From the NCBI GenBank assembly GCA_965248355.1, contig OZ252098.1, forward strand, positions 5,248,001 through 5,312,000: 64,000 nt of DNA. Direction: 5' to 3'. A model generated the notes under the pieces. The model ran no database searches. It saw only the letters and a list, made by a program, of their open reading frames with translations, and had not been told where the DNA came from. The position numbers and the translations under genes are program-made. Positions 9,722 to 18,007 of the stretch are shown piece by piece (positions within the stretch are counted from its first letter, which is position 1; each line of letters opens with the position of its first letter). The stretch is from Candidatus Latescibacterota bacterium. GTDB taxonomy: Bacteria > Latescibacterota > UBA2968 > UBA8231.

Positions 9722-11892
9722 CGGCGCGCGAGCAGGCCCTCCCGGTGGACGGCTACGAGACGAATGCGGAGTTCCTGAAGGCGAAATACGACGAGGTGGC
9801 CCTGCAGCTGGAGTGCGCCGGGCTGCGAGGCCAATTGCGGCAGTGGGACCGGCCTTGGTCAACTGGGTCGTATGGCACCTCGCAGGAGACGATGAGGATG
9901 CCGGCGAACCACCTTCGGCAACGGCTGGAAACCTCGGAGTTGGCCCTGCGGCGCCATCAGGCGGTCGTCGAGGAGCGACTGACGGCGAGCGATGTCTCGG
10001 AGGTGCCCTTCCTGGACCTGCTGGAGCGTTGTGGCCTGCCCGTCTTCGACGGGGAGGTGCTCTGGCTGCTGTTCTTCATGGCCGTGTCGCCGGAGTTCCG
10101 GGACCTGTACGAGCAACTGAAGCTCGGCGAGTGGGACGGCCACGATGGGCACGGGATGTGCATCGGTGATCTGCTGAGGGTGCTGTGCTCGAAGGGGATC
10201 GGCGATTCCATGGAGGCGCGCTCGCGGTTCGGGGTCGACGCGCCGCTCATGGCGCACCACCTCGTCCGCATGGACCGATCCGGTGGGAAGCCGTCGATAC
10301 TGGACGTTGAGCTGGAACTGCCCCAGCGGGTGGTCTCGTGGATGAGCGGGGACACGCATCGCTACACGGACGACAGTCCGTGCCGGGTGGAGTGGCCCAC
10401 GGAGGAGGTCGATCAGGTCGTGATGGAGGACGGCGTGGTCGGCCGGCTGCTGAGGATGGTGGACCACTACGAGGAGTTCCGCGCCCGCCGCCTGGATCTG
10501 GGGCTGGCGGACGCGGCCTCCTACGGGAGCGGCCTCGTCATCCTGGAGCACGGGCCGCCGGGGACGGGGAAGACCCTGCTGGCGCGGGCCCTGGCCCGCC
10601 GCACCGGGAAACCCCTCGTGAGTCTGATGGACCTGAGCAGGCGCCATCTCGAAGCCGAGGATCTGGAGTGTCTGTTCCGCGAGGCTCGTCTCCAGGACGG
10701 CATCCTGTTCATCGACGAATGCGAGGGCCTGTGCTCCGAACACAGCTTTGAACTGCCGGTCCTGCTGCGCGAGCTGGAGCACTTCGAGGGCATCGTCGTC
10801 ATGGCGACCAACCACCCGAAAAAACTGGCGACGCAGATCGACAGGCGATGTACGGTGAAGGTGCCCTTTGATCTGCCCTCGGAGCCGGCGCGGCTGCGGA
10901 TCTGGCAACTGCACCTGGGGAAGGCTCCCCTGGCGGCGGACGTGGACCTGGCGCGGCTGGCGCGGGAGTATCCCATGGCCGGGGGCTACATCAAGAACGC
11001 GGCCCAGACGGCGGTGAACGAAGCCCTGGCGCGCGAAGGGGAGTTGGTCTTGCGGCAGGGCGATCTCGAGGCCGCCTGCCGGCTGCAGGAGGACCGGGTC
11101 TGTGAGGAGCCGAGGGTTGGCCGGCGTTACCGGCCGCAACAACCAGTGGAAGACCTGATGGCCGGCGAGAAGCTTCGGGAGCGCCTGCGGAGCTTGGCGC
11201 TGGCCCTTGCCCGGAAGGGCGATATCCTGCGCTCCTGGCTGGGTGCGGAGGGCTCGGACACCGGTGGAGTGCGCGTGCTGTTCCACGGCGGGGACTTCGA
11301 GGCGGCCATGGAGGCAGCGGACGCCTTGGCTGCGGAGATGGATCGCGCCGTGCTGAGAGTGAGGATGCGGGAGTTGTGTCGGGGACCGGATGTTTCCGAG
11401 AGAAGGTCGAAGTGGGTGCAGGACTGGCCCTTCGGGCTGATCGAGGCCGCGGCCCAGGCGGGGCAGATCGTTGCCATCGCGGATCCCCTTGGGCAGCTCG
11501 GGGACGATCAGGAGAGTGAGGGGAAGACCGCCAGAGGTGTTCTGTCAGAATGTGCGCGGTCACCGGCGGATCTGTTCGTCGTCAGCGGCCGGAGGTTCCG
11601 CACCATGAAGGGTTGGGGGGATCTGTTCCACGAGAGCGTGGATGTGACGCCGGCAGAGGTGGAGGTACGGGCCGACCAGTGGCGGCGCCTGCTCGGCAGT
11701 CGGGCCGGAGCCATCGACCTGGACAGGCTGGCGGAGGCTTTCCCGGCGACCGGCGCGCAGATGCGCATGGCGCTGGAGAGGGCGGCCCTCCGGGCGGGGG
11801 CGGCGGGGGAGGAAGACCTGGCCGAGGAGGAGTTGTGGGAGGCGGTGCGCGGTGTGATGGGCAGGCGGTGGGAGGAGGGACTGTTCGGGTGA
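9718..11892 (+). CDS. AAA+ ATPase with one intact and one degenerate AAA domain
   Basis: ATGA overlap and RBS ggagg. Motifs GPPGTGKT, LFIDECE, MATN, GGYIKNAA. The second domain (VLFHGGDFEAA) lacks GKT. Confidence 0.88.
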   Translation: MTAREQALPVDGYETNAEFLKAKYDEVALQLECAGLRGQLRQWDRPWSTGSYGTSQETMRMPANHLRQRLETSELALRRHQAVVEERLTASDVSEVPFLDLLERCGLPVFDGEVLWLLFFMAVSPEFRDLYEQLKLGEWDGHDGHGMCIGDLLRVLCSKGIGDSMEARSRFGVDAPLMAHHLVRMDRSGGKPSILDVELELPQRVVSWMSGDTHRYTDDSPCRVEWPTEEVDQVVMEDGVVGRLLRMVDHYEEFRARRLDLGLADAASYGSGLVILEHGPPGTGKTLLARALARRTGKPLVSLMDLSRRHLEAEDLECLFREARLQDGILFIDECEGLCSEHSFELPVLLRELEHFEGIVVMATNHPKKLATQIDRRCTVKVPFDLPSEPARLRIWQLHLGKAPLAADVDLARLAREYPMAGGYIKNAAQTAVNEALAREGELVLRQGDLEAACRLQEDRVCEEPRVGRRYRPQQPVEDLMAGEKLRERLRSLALALARKGDILRSWLGAEGSDTGGVRVLFHGGDFEAAMEAADALAAEMDRAVLRVRMRELCRGPDVSERRSKWVQDWPFGLIEAAAQAGQIVAIADPLGQLGDDQESEGKTARGVLSECARSPADLFVVSGRRFRTMKGWGDLFHESVDVTPAEVEVRADQWRRLLGSRAGAIDLDRLAEAFPATGAQMRMALERAALRAGAAGEEDLAEEELWEAVRGVMGRRWEEGLFG

Positions 11893-11978
11893 TGAGAGGT
11901 TCGGGTGCCGAACCAGTTGGGCAAGGCGCGACCCTCACCGAGCGTTACCATCACCGAGGTTCAGGGGTCCATACAGGC

Positions 11979-13658
11979 ATGGAGACCGCAGGAACCGGCG
12001 ACGGCTCCCTGGCCCGGGCCGCGGCGGCTGGGGACCTGGCCGCCTTCGAGGCCCTCGTCCGGCGCCATCAGCACCAGCTCTACCGCGACGCCCTCGGATA
12101 TCTGGGCTCGCACGACGAGGCCCTCGACGCGGTGCAGGAGGCCCTGATCGGGGCGCTGAAGCGCTTCCACCAGCTGCGAGAGCCGGTCCGGGTAGGCTCC
12201 TGGCTGCGCACGGCGGTGCGGCATCGGAGTCTCAACATGCTGCGCGACCGCAGGCGCCGGGTCGAGGCCCACGCCCGCTACGGAGAGGCCCTGGTGGATG
12301 ACGAATGGTCGGAAAGCGGGGCACCCGGCCCCGCCGCCCGCCTGCTGGACCGCCTGCCCCAGGAAACCGCCGCCGCCTTTCTGCTCCACTACATCGACGG
12401 GCGGACGCTGGAGGCGGTGGCTCGCGAGCTCGACGCGACTCCGTCAAGCGTCAAGCAGCGGCTCTACCGTGCCCGCCGCCACCTTAGAGAGGAAGCCCTC
12501 GCCATGGCCAGGAAACACGGAGACGCCCTGCCCGACGACTTCGCCGCCCGCGTCGTCGCCCATCTGCTGAAGAGCGGGCGGGACGACCGGCTCCACATGC
12601 GCTACGAGGCGGCCCGGGCCCACTTCCGGGAGATCCTGGATCTGCAGCCCGGGCATTCGACAGCCCTGCTCGAGTGGGGCCGCACCTATGGTCCCTTTGA
12701 CTTGCCCGGCGAGGATCAGGTCGGCGCCCTGGAGAGGGCGGCCAGGGCCGCCCCCGACTCCCTCGAGGTGATGGCCGAGCTGGAGTTGGCCTGCCGCCGG
12801 CCCGGCTCCGAGGAACGGAGCAGGGAGCTGAGACCGCGAGTGCTGGCCCTGGCGGACCGGCGCTTGGCGGCGGATGAAGCCGATTTGGAGGCCCTCTACT
12901 GCAAGGCGAGGCTGATCCGGGGAGCCGGGGAATTCGCACAGGCCCTGCCTCTGCTGGCGGTCCTCGTGGAACGGGCACCGGAGGACCAGGCCTTTCTCTA
13001 CGAGTACGGGCTGTGCCTGTCGCGGCTCGACCGCCACGGCGAGGCGGCGCCCGTGTACGAGAGCGTGCTGCGCGGAGACCGGATAACCTTCTGGGCCTTC
13101 TCGGCCCACCGCCAGCTGGCCACCCACCATGCGTACCGGACCGGCGAAATGGCCGAAGCGGTCCGCCACATGGAAGCGGCGTGGCGGCAGATGCCGTCAG
13201 CCGGCGAAGCGGGCAACCTCATCTACTTCCACAGCGGCGTTGGAAGGCCCGACCGGGGGCTGGAGCTGTACGAGGACAACCAGGAGCACCCCCATCCCCC
13301 GCGCGTTCACGCAACGGCCGGCGTGGGTTACCTGTTGGCCGGCCGTCGAGAGGAGGCGGAGGCGGCCTTCCAGCAGGCCCTGGAAGGGGCCTCAGACGAT
13401 GATTTCGTGGCGGAGATTCACCTCCATCTGGCGCGGATCTCGCAGGAAGCGGATCGGCCCGGGCGGGTGGGTTCTCACCTGCGCCGGGGCCTCTCCCTGG
13501 ACTTGGCAGGCCGCCGCCAACTGGCCGGCCCGCCGGGCAGTCCCTTCCGGCGATGGTGGACGCGGTGGCTCGCCGAGTCGCTTCAGGCCGTGGGCGTGGA
13601 GCGCGGCAGTGTGAAGGGCTTGTTGACCGCGGTGAAGCGGGAGCTGGACTCCCCTTAA
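11979..13658 (+). CDS. ECF sigma-70 factor fused to C-terminal TPR domain
   Basis: Region 2 AFEALVRRH...DAVQEALI...WLRTAVRH; region 4 SVKQRLYRARRHL; downstream TPR-like helices. Confidence 0.85.
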   Translation: METAGTGDGSLARAAAAGDLAAFEALVRRHQHQLYRDALGYLGSHDEALDAVQEALIGALKRFHQLREPVRVGSWLRTAVRHRSLNMLRDRRRRVEAHARYGEALVDDEWSESGAPGPAARLLDRLPQETAAAFLLHYIDGRTLEAVARELDATPSSVKQRLYRARRHLREEALAMARKHGDALPDDFAARVVAHLLKSGRDDRLHMRYEAARAHFREILDLQPGHSTALLEWGRTYGPFDLPGEDQVGALERAARAAPDSLEVMAELELACRRPGSEERSRELRPRVLALADRRLAADEADLEALYCKARLIRGAGEFAQALPLLAVLVERAPEDQAFLYEYGLCLSRLDRHGEAAPVYESVLRGDRITFWAFSAHRQLATHHAYRTGEMAEAVRHMEAAWRQMPSAGEAGNLIYFHSGVGRPDRGLELYEDNQEHPHPPRVHATAGVGYLLAGRREEAEAAFQQALEGASDDDFVAEIHLHLARISQEADRPGRVGSHLRRGLSLDLAGRRQLAGPPGSPFRRWWTRWLAESLQAVGVERGSVKGLLTAVKRELDSP

Positions 13659-13692
13659 ACGCCTCTCCGGCGAAGGAGGGCAAGGAGTATTG

Positions 13693-14544
13693 TCACCCCG
13701 TCTCCTCGTCGTCCCGCCGCACCAGCAGGTAGACAACGAGGGCCATGACGTTGCCCAGGAGGCCGAAGAGGCCCCACACCCCCGCCCGTTCCCTCCGCTT
13801 GTGGGCGTCCAGGCTCATCCACGAGGGGATGCTGATCCAGAAGGCGATCAGGCTGGCCAGAAACAGGTAGTGGATGCTGGTCCCCAGCAACCTCAGGCGT
13901 TCGCTTCTCCGCAAGTAAGGATCGTCCGGTAGAGAGACTACGGCGGCGATCAGGCCGTCCCTCAGCCGGCTCATTTCGACCCGTGTACCTTTCACGCTGG
14001 TATGACGGGAATGGACGAGGTGCTCTGGGAACATCTGACTGAGTGGCCCGAGAGGCGAGGTTTCGTAGCCGCCTATGACCGAGATCAGCAGGATCCCGGT
14101 TCGCTGCATGGGCTGGAGCAGGCCTTCGGGAAGACTGTCCAGCCGTCGATGCAGGGTGGGAAGAGGGTAGTTCTCGACATTACGCAACGGGGGGCTGTGC
14201 CTGCCGTAGTACACGATGTGGCCCTCAGAATCGGTCACCCACACCTCGCCGATGGCTTTCTCCCGGGCCACGGCGTTCCCTAGGGCCTCCTGGGTCTGGC
14301 GGTTGCCGTCGAGCGTATTGATGACGCTGGCGACTCGGTCCAGGGCGGCCCTGAGCTCTCCTTCCCTCGCCTTCAAGGCCTCCTTCTTGAGCCGTTGTGC
14401 TTCATAGTAGCCTTCCATCTCGACGCCCTTCCTGGGTCCCACATAGTACGCGTAGAAAAGCCTGGAGGAGAGGAAAACCAGCAGGCTCAGGACGGCCACT
14501 CTGGGCAGCCACCGGTGAAGCTTCTCTTGCATGCGCCTGTTCAT
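13693..14544 (-). CDS. Membrane protein (ECF operon accessory)
   Basis: N-terminal TM; C-terminal LDAHKRRERAGVWGLFGLLGNVMALVVYLLVRR pattern; ATGA-coupled to the upstream gene. Confidence 0.75.
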   Translation of the reverse strand: MNRRMQEKLHRWLPRVAVLSLLVFLSSRLFYAYYVGPRKGVEMEGYYEAQRLKKEALKAREGELRAALDRVASVINTLDGNRQTQEALGNAVAREKAIGEVWVTDSEGHIVYYGRHSPPLRNVENYPLPTLHRRLDSLPEGLLQPMQRTGILLISVIGGYETSPLGPLSQMFPEHLVHSRHTSVKGTRVEMSRLRDGLIAAVVSLPDDPYLRRSERLRLLGTSIHYLFLASLIAFWISIPSWMSLDAHKRRERAGVWGLFGLLGNVMALVVYLLVRRDDEETG

Positions 14545-14885
14545 GGGGTCCTCTCCCGTCTTCGGCAGTTGAGTAGGATGACCGGGCTTGCCAGCAGGGT
14601 TGCCAAGTTCAGACCGGCCAGGCCGAGGAGGACACCCCGCAGGAGCTGGTCCGCATCGAGCCTCGCACCAGCAGTCCACAGCAGGGCGACCAGCTCCAGC
14701 CCGATCAGCCCTGCCGCGATCCTCTCGGGCCACGGCACGTGGATCGCCCCCACGCCGGTCCGTTTCCGGGACCAGCCCAGGGCCGCCGCCCTCACCCCCT
14801 CCTCCACCCCGCGGGGCACCGGCACCTCGGGCGCGGGTCCCAGCAGCGCCCGGATCTCCTCTACGGCGCGGTCCTCCGGATTCAT
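14541..14885 (-). CDS. Putative anti-sigma membrane protein
   Basis: Two TM segments; ATGA-coupled directly downstream of the ECF sigma. Confidence 0.65.
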   Translation of the reverse strand: MNPEDRAVEEIRALLGPAPEVPVPRGVEEGVRAAALGWSRKRTGVGAIHVPWPERIAAGLIGLELVALLWTAGARLDADQLLRGVLLGLAGLNLATLLASPVILLNCRRRERTP

Positions 14886-15409
14886 GACTCGCCCGCCATC
14901 CGGCGCAGTTGCTTCAGGGCGTGGTGCAGGCGGCTCTTCACCGTCCCCACCGGCACCCCGACGATCCCTGCCGTCTCCTCCTGCGAGTACCCGTGCAGGA
15001 CGCGGAGCACGACGACCGCGCGCAGCTCCGGCCTCAGCCCCCCGAGCAGCCGGTGCGCGGACTCGCTTTCCACCAGCCGGTCGTGGGGGTCCGTCGCCGG
15101 CGGCGGCCCTGGCAGTTCGCCCGCGGGGATGCTCATCCTCCGGCGGCGCCGGCGCAGCTCATCCATGCACAGGTTGTGGGCCACGGTGTAGAGCCAGGTC
15201 CTGAACCGGGACCGGGGATCGAAGCGGCCGGCGTTCTTCAACACCCGCATGCAGGTCTCCTGGAAGACGTCCTCGGCCAGGCTCTCGTCCCGCAGTACCC
15301 GGCGGATGAAGTTGAACAGGGGCCGGGCATGGCGTTCGTACAGCGCGTCGAAGGCCTGCATCTCCCCCCGCTGGAGATCCTGCATCAGCTCTTCGTCGCT
15401 GCATCCCAT
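14882..15409 (-). CDS. ECF RNA polymerase sigma factor
   Basis: AEDVFQETCMRV, FRTWLYTVAHN, GTVKSRLHHA. Confidence 0.93.
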   Translation of the reverse strand: MGCSDEELMQDLQRGEMQAFDALYERHARPLFNFIRRVLRDESLAEDVFQETCMRVLKNAGRFDPRSRFRTWLYTVAHNLCMDELRRRRRRMSIPAGELPGPPPATDPHDRLVESESAHRLLGGLRPELRAVVVLRVLHGYSQEETAGIVGVPVGTVKSRLHHALKQLRRMAGES

Positions 15410-15442
15410 CGGTCCTGGAATTCCACCACCTCCAACTGTCTA

Positions 15443-15467
15443 TACGGCTGAGGCAGGGATTTCGTTC
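15443..15467 (-). promoter_or_regulatory. Putative ECF autoregulatory promoter
   Basis: Minus strand reads GAAC-N17-CGTA, ~35 bp upstream of the sigma ATG; matches the AAC/CGT ECF promoter pattern. Confidence 0.55.
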
Positions 15468-15779
15468 GCGTCGACCGGGGTCCAGGTGCCGCCAGGGCCC
15501 GGATGAAGGCGGACAGTGGGCCGCGGGCCCGGGCAGCGCCGTGAGCGGAGGTCGGTCCGAGGGAGATGGGGGTCGGGGTACCGGTGATGCGTCCGCAAGG
15601 CAGTTCGTCGGAGTGCGAGCTGCTGACCGGCTTGCGGCCCCTGTGGTTTGACGGGGGCCGCAGGGCCAGTGGCGAAGGCCGCGGCGCCAAGTGAGAACCG
15701 CAGCCTCCGGGGATCTTCCTGGTCTGGGAGGTGATCGAACCGCGAGCCGGTGCGGTCTCGGCGCCCAGCTATCTCCCCC

Positions 15780-16586
15780 TTACAGCCCCACTTCCGCCGC
15801 CATCTCGCGGCACCACTTGTAGTTGGTCCGGTGGAAATCGGGCGGGAACCACGGATAGGTGACCGGCTCGATGTAGCCGGTGTAGCCGACCTCCTTCAGG
15901 GCGGTGAAGACCGCCTTCCAGTCGACGATGTCGCCCGGTGCTCCCGGGGCGCACTGCGTGGCGTAGGGGTAGTGGAGCAGCATGCCCTTGATGCGGACGT
16001 AGCGGATGTTGTCGGCGAAGTCGTGGATGGCGCGGCAGGGATCCTCCATGAGGATCGCCATGTTGGAGACGTCGAGGGTGGCCTGAAGGCGCTCCGACCC
16101 GACGTGGTGGCGCAGCAGGGCGAAGCAGTTGGAGGTGTCGATGAGCTGGTTCTCGTGGTTCTGCATCAGCAGGTCCACGCCCACCTGCTCGGCGTGGTGG
16201 CAGAGCCGCTTGCAGACCTTGACCATCGCCTTCCAGCCGTCGTTCTCGCCGGCGGGGAAGCCACCGGCCAGGAACTTCACGCTGCCGGCCTCGAACTCGG
16301 CGGCCAGGTCGAGGGCCCGCCGGAAGAACCGCTCCGTCTCGCCGGTCTCCACCTTGGTGGCGAAGCCGCCGATCTTCCAGGGATTCAGCGTGCTGATGTC
16401 CAGGTTGCGATCGGCGGCCAGCCGCTTGTAGCTCTCGATCTCGCTGCTGGTGATGGTCTCCGGATCGACGTGGCCCCCGGGGGCGAGGATCGGTCCGCAG
16501 GCGTCGTAGCCGATGTCGGCCAGCTCGTTGATCGCGTCCTCCAGGGACCACCATTCGAGGCCGCAGGTGTGGAAGCTGAGTTTCAC
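15780..16586 (-). CDS. Sugar phosphate isomerase/epimerase (xylose isomerase-like TIM barrel)
   Basis: GTG start overlapping the upstream stop; QNHEN, LDVSN, GYTGYIEP motifs. Confidence 0.85.
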   Translation of the reverse strand: MKLSFHTCGLEWWSLEDAINELADIGYDACGPILAPGGHVDPETITSSEIESYKRLAADRNLDISTLNPWKIGGFATKVETGETERFFRRALDLAAEFEAGSVKFLAGGFPAGENDGWKAMVKVCKRLCHHAEQVGVDLLMQNHENQLIDTSNCFALLRHHVGSERLQATLDVSNMAILMEDPCRAIHDFADNIRYVRIKGMLLHYPYATQCAPGAPGDIVDWKAVFTALKEVGYTGYIEPVTYPWFPPDFHRTNYKWCREMAAEVGL

Positions 16587-18007
16587 GCTGTTCCTCCCGT
16601 CTGTTGGGTCTGTTGTGATTGCTGCTCGGCGAACTCGGGCCGGCCGAGGGCGTCGGTGCCCTGGTGCTCGTAGCGCGGCAGGGCCCCCCCGGCGTCGGCC
16701 AGGATGCGCTCTTGGGCGAGGGCGATCCGCTCGGGGCACCGGGCGGCGATGTTCTGCCGGCACTCCGGGTCCGCCTCCAGGTCGAAGAGCCGCGGCTGCT
16801 GGAAGTCGACGCCGGCGAAGTACCAGCTCTTCGGGTCCTTGTACCACACGAAGTTGCCGTAGCGGCAGGTGAGGTACTCGCGGGGGCTGAATCCGGGCTC
16901 GCCCTCCACGAGGGGCAGCAGGCTCCGCCCCTCGATCTCGCCAGCCGGCTGGGCCCCGCTCGCGGCGATCACGGTGGCGGGGACGTCGAGTGTGTAGACC
17001 AGCTCGTCGCAAACCGTTCCGGCGTTGGCGCCGGAGGGATGGCGCGCGAGCAGGGGGATGTCCATGGTCCCCGGGTACATGTAGCCCGCCGGCTTTCCGG
17101 TGACGCGCTCGGCGTTGTCGGCGAAGTTGGTGCCGTGGTCGCTGAGGAAGAGGATCAGGGTGCTCTTCTTCAGCCCCAGCCGGTCGATGGTATCCACCAG
17201 CTTTCCGAACCAGGTGTCGACCAGCGTCACCAGGCCGGCGTAGTTGGCCTTGACGCTCTCCAGCCGCGCCTCGACGGCCGCGTCCTCGAGGGGGCGGTAG
17301 GGCAGGTTGAGGAGGATGGGCTCGCGCTCCTCGCGGCGGCCGTAGAGGTCGTAGTAGTGCAGCGGCGCCTCCCACGTCTCGTGGGGCGTGAATCCGTCCA
17401 CGTACAGGTAGAAAGGCGTGTTTCTCGCGTTGTGCTCCACGAACTCGATGGCCGAGCGGAAGAGCCGCGCCGTGGGCCACGTCTCCTCGGGGCGATGGGG
17501 CTGCACGTTGACGAGGTGGGCCCGGATCCGCGGCGGGTTGCCCTGGTAGCGGGAGACCAGCGCCTCGTCGGCGCGGGCCGTGGCCCGGTAGCGGTCCTCG
17601 GCCTGGCCCCGAACGAACTCCCACTGCCGGAAGCCGCGGGTGAAGTTCATCCCCGGGACGAAGTAGTGGGGCACGTCGGCGAAGAAGCCGGTATGGTAGC
17701 CGCCGCCCACCAGCGCCTCGGCGATGGCCGGCTCGTCGGCCGACATGGGCTGCCAGCCGGGGATGTAGACGTTGTCCCAGGGCACGGGGGCATAGCTGGA
17801 GAAGGGGAAGGCCCGGCGGCCCGTGTGCAGGGTGCGTCGCGTCGGGATGGTGGGCAGGCATTCGGGATGGGCGTTGGTGAAGCGAACGCCCTGAGCAGCG
17901 AAGCGGTCCAGGTTGGGCGTGTGGACCCAGTCGTTGCCGTAGGCGCCGAGATAGGCGGTGCGCAGCGTATCCGCCACGACGACGACGATGTTGCAGCCCT
18001 GGCTCAT
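16583..18007 (-). CDS. Sulfatase-like (alkaline phosphatase superfamily) hydrolase
   Basis: NIVVVVADTLR, TPNLDRFA, TPH, FLSDHG, RLFDLEADP. Active-site motif is TIPTR rather than CxPxR. Confidence 0.9.
   Translation of the reverse strand: MSQGCNIVVVVADTLRTAYLGAYGNDWVHTPNLDRFAAQGVRFTNAHPECLPTIPTRRTLHTGRRAFPFSSYAPVPWDNVYIPGWQPMSADEPAIAEALVGGGYHTGFFADVPHYFVPGMNFTRGFRQWEFVRGQAEDRYRATARADEALVSRYQGNPPRIRAHLVNVQPHRPEETWPTARLFRSAIEFVEHNARNTPFYLYVDGFTPHETWEAPLHYYDLYGRREEREPILLNLPYRPLEDAAVEARLESVKANYAGLVTLVDTWFGKLVDTIDRLGLKKSTLILFLSDHGTNFADNAERVTGKPAGYMYPGTMDIPLLARHPSGANAGTVCDELVYTLDVPATVIAASGAQPAGEIEGRSLLPLVEGEPGFSPREYLTCRYGNFVWYKDPKSWYFAGVDFQQPRLFDLEADPECRQNIAARCPERIALAQERILADAGGALPRYEHQGTDALGRPEFAEQQSQQTQQTGGTA

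Noticed and set aside
9718..11892. ATPase as part of a contractile injection system (Afp15-like)
   Set aside because: Some motif resemblance, but no sheath, tube or baseplate genes in the window.
15480..15770. Long intergenic region as ncRNA or riboswitch
   Set aside because: No recognisable conserved motif; GC hairpins are expected by chance.
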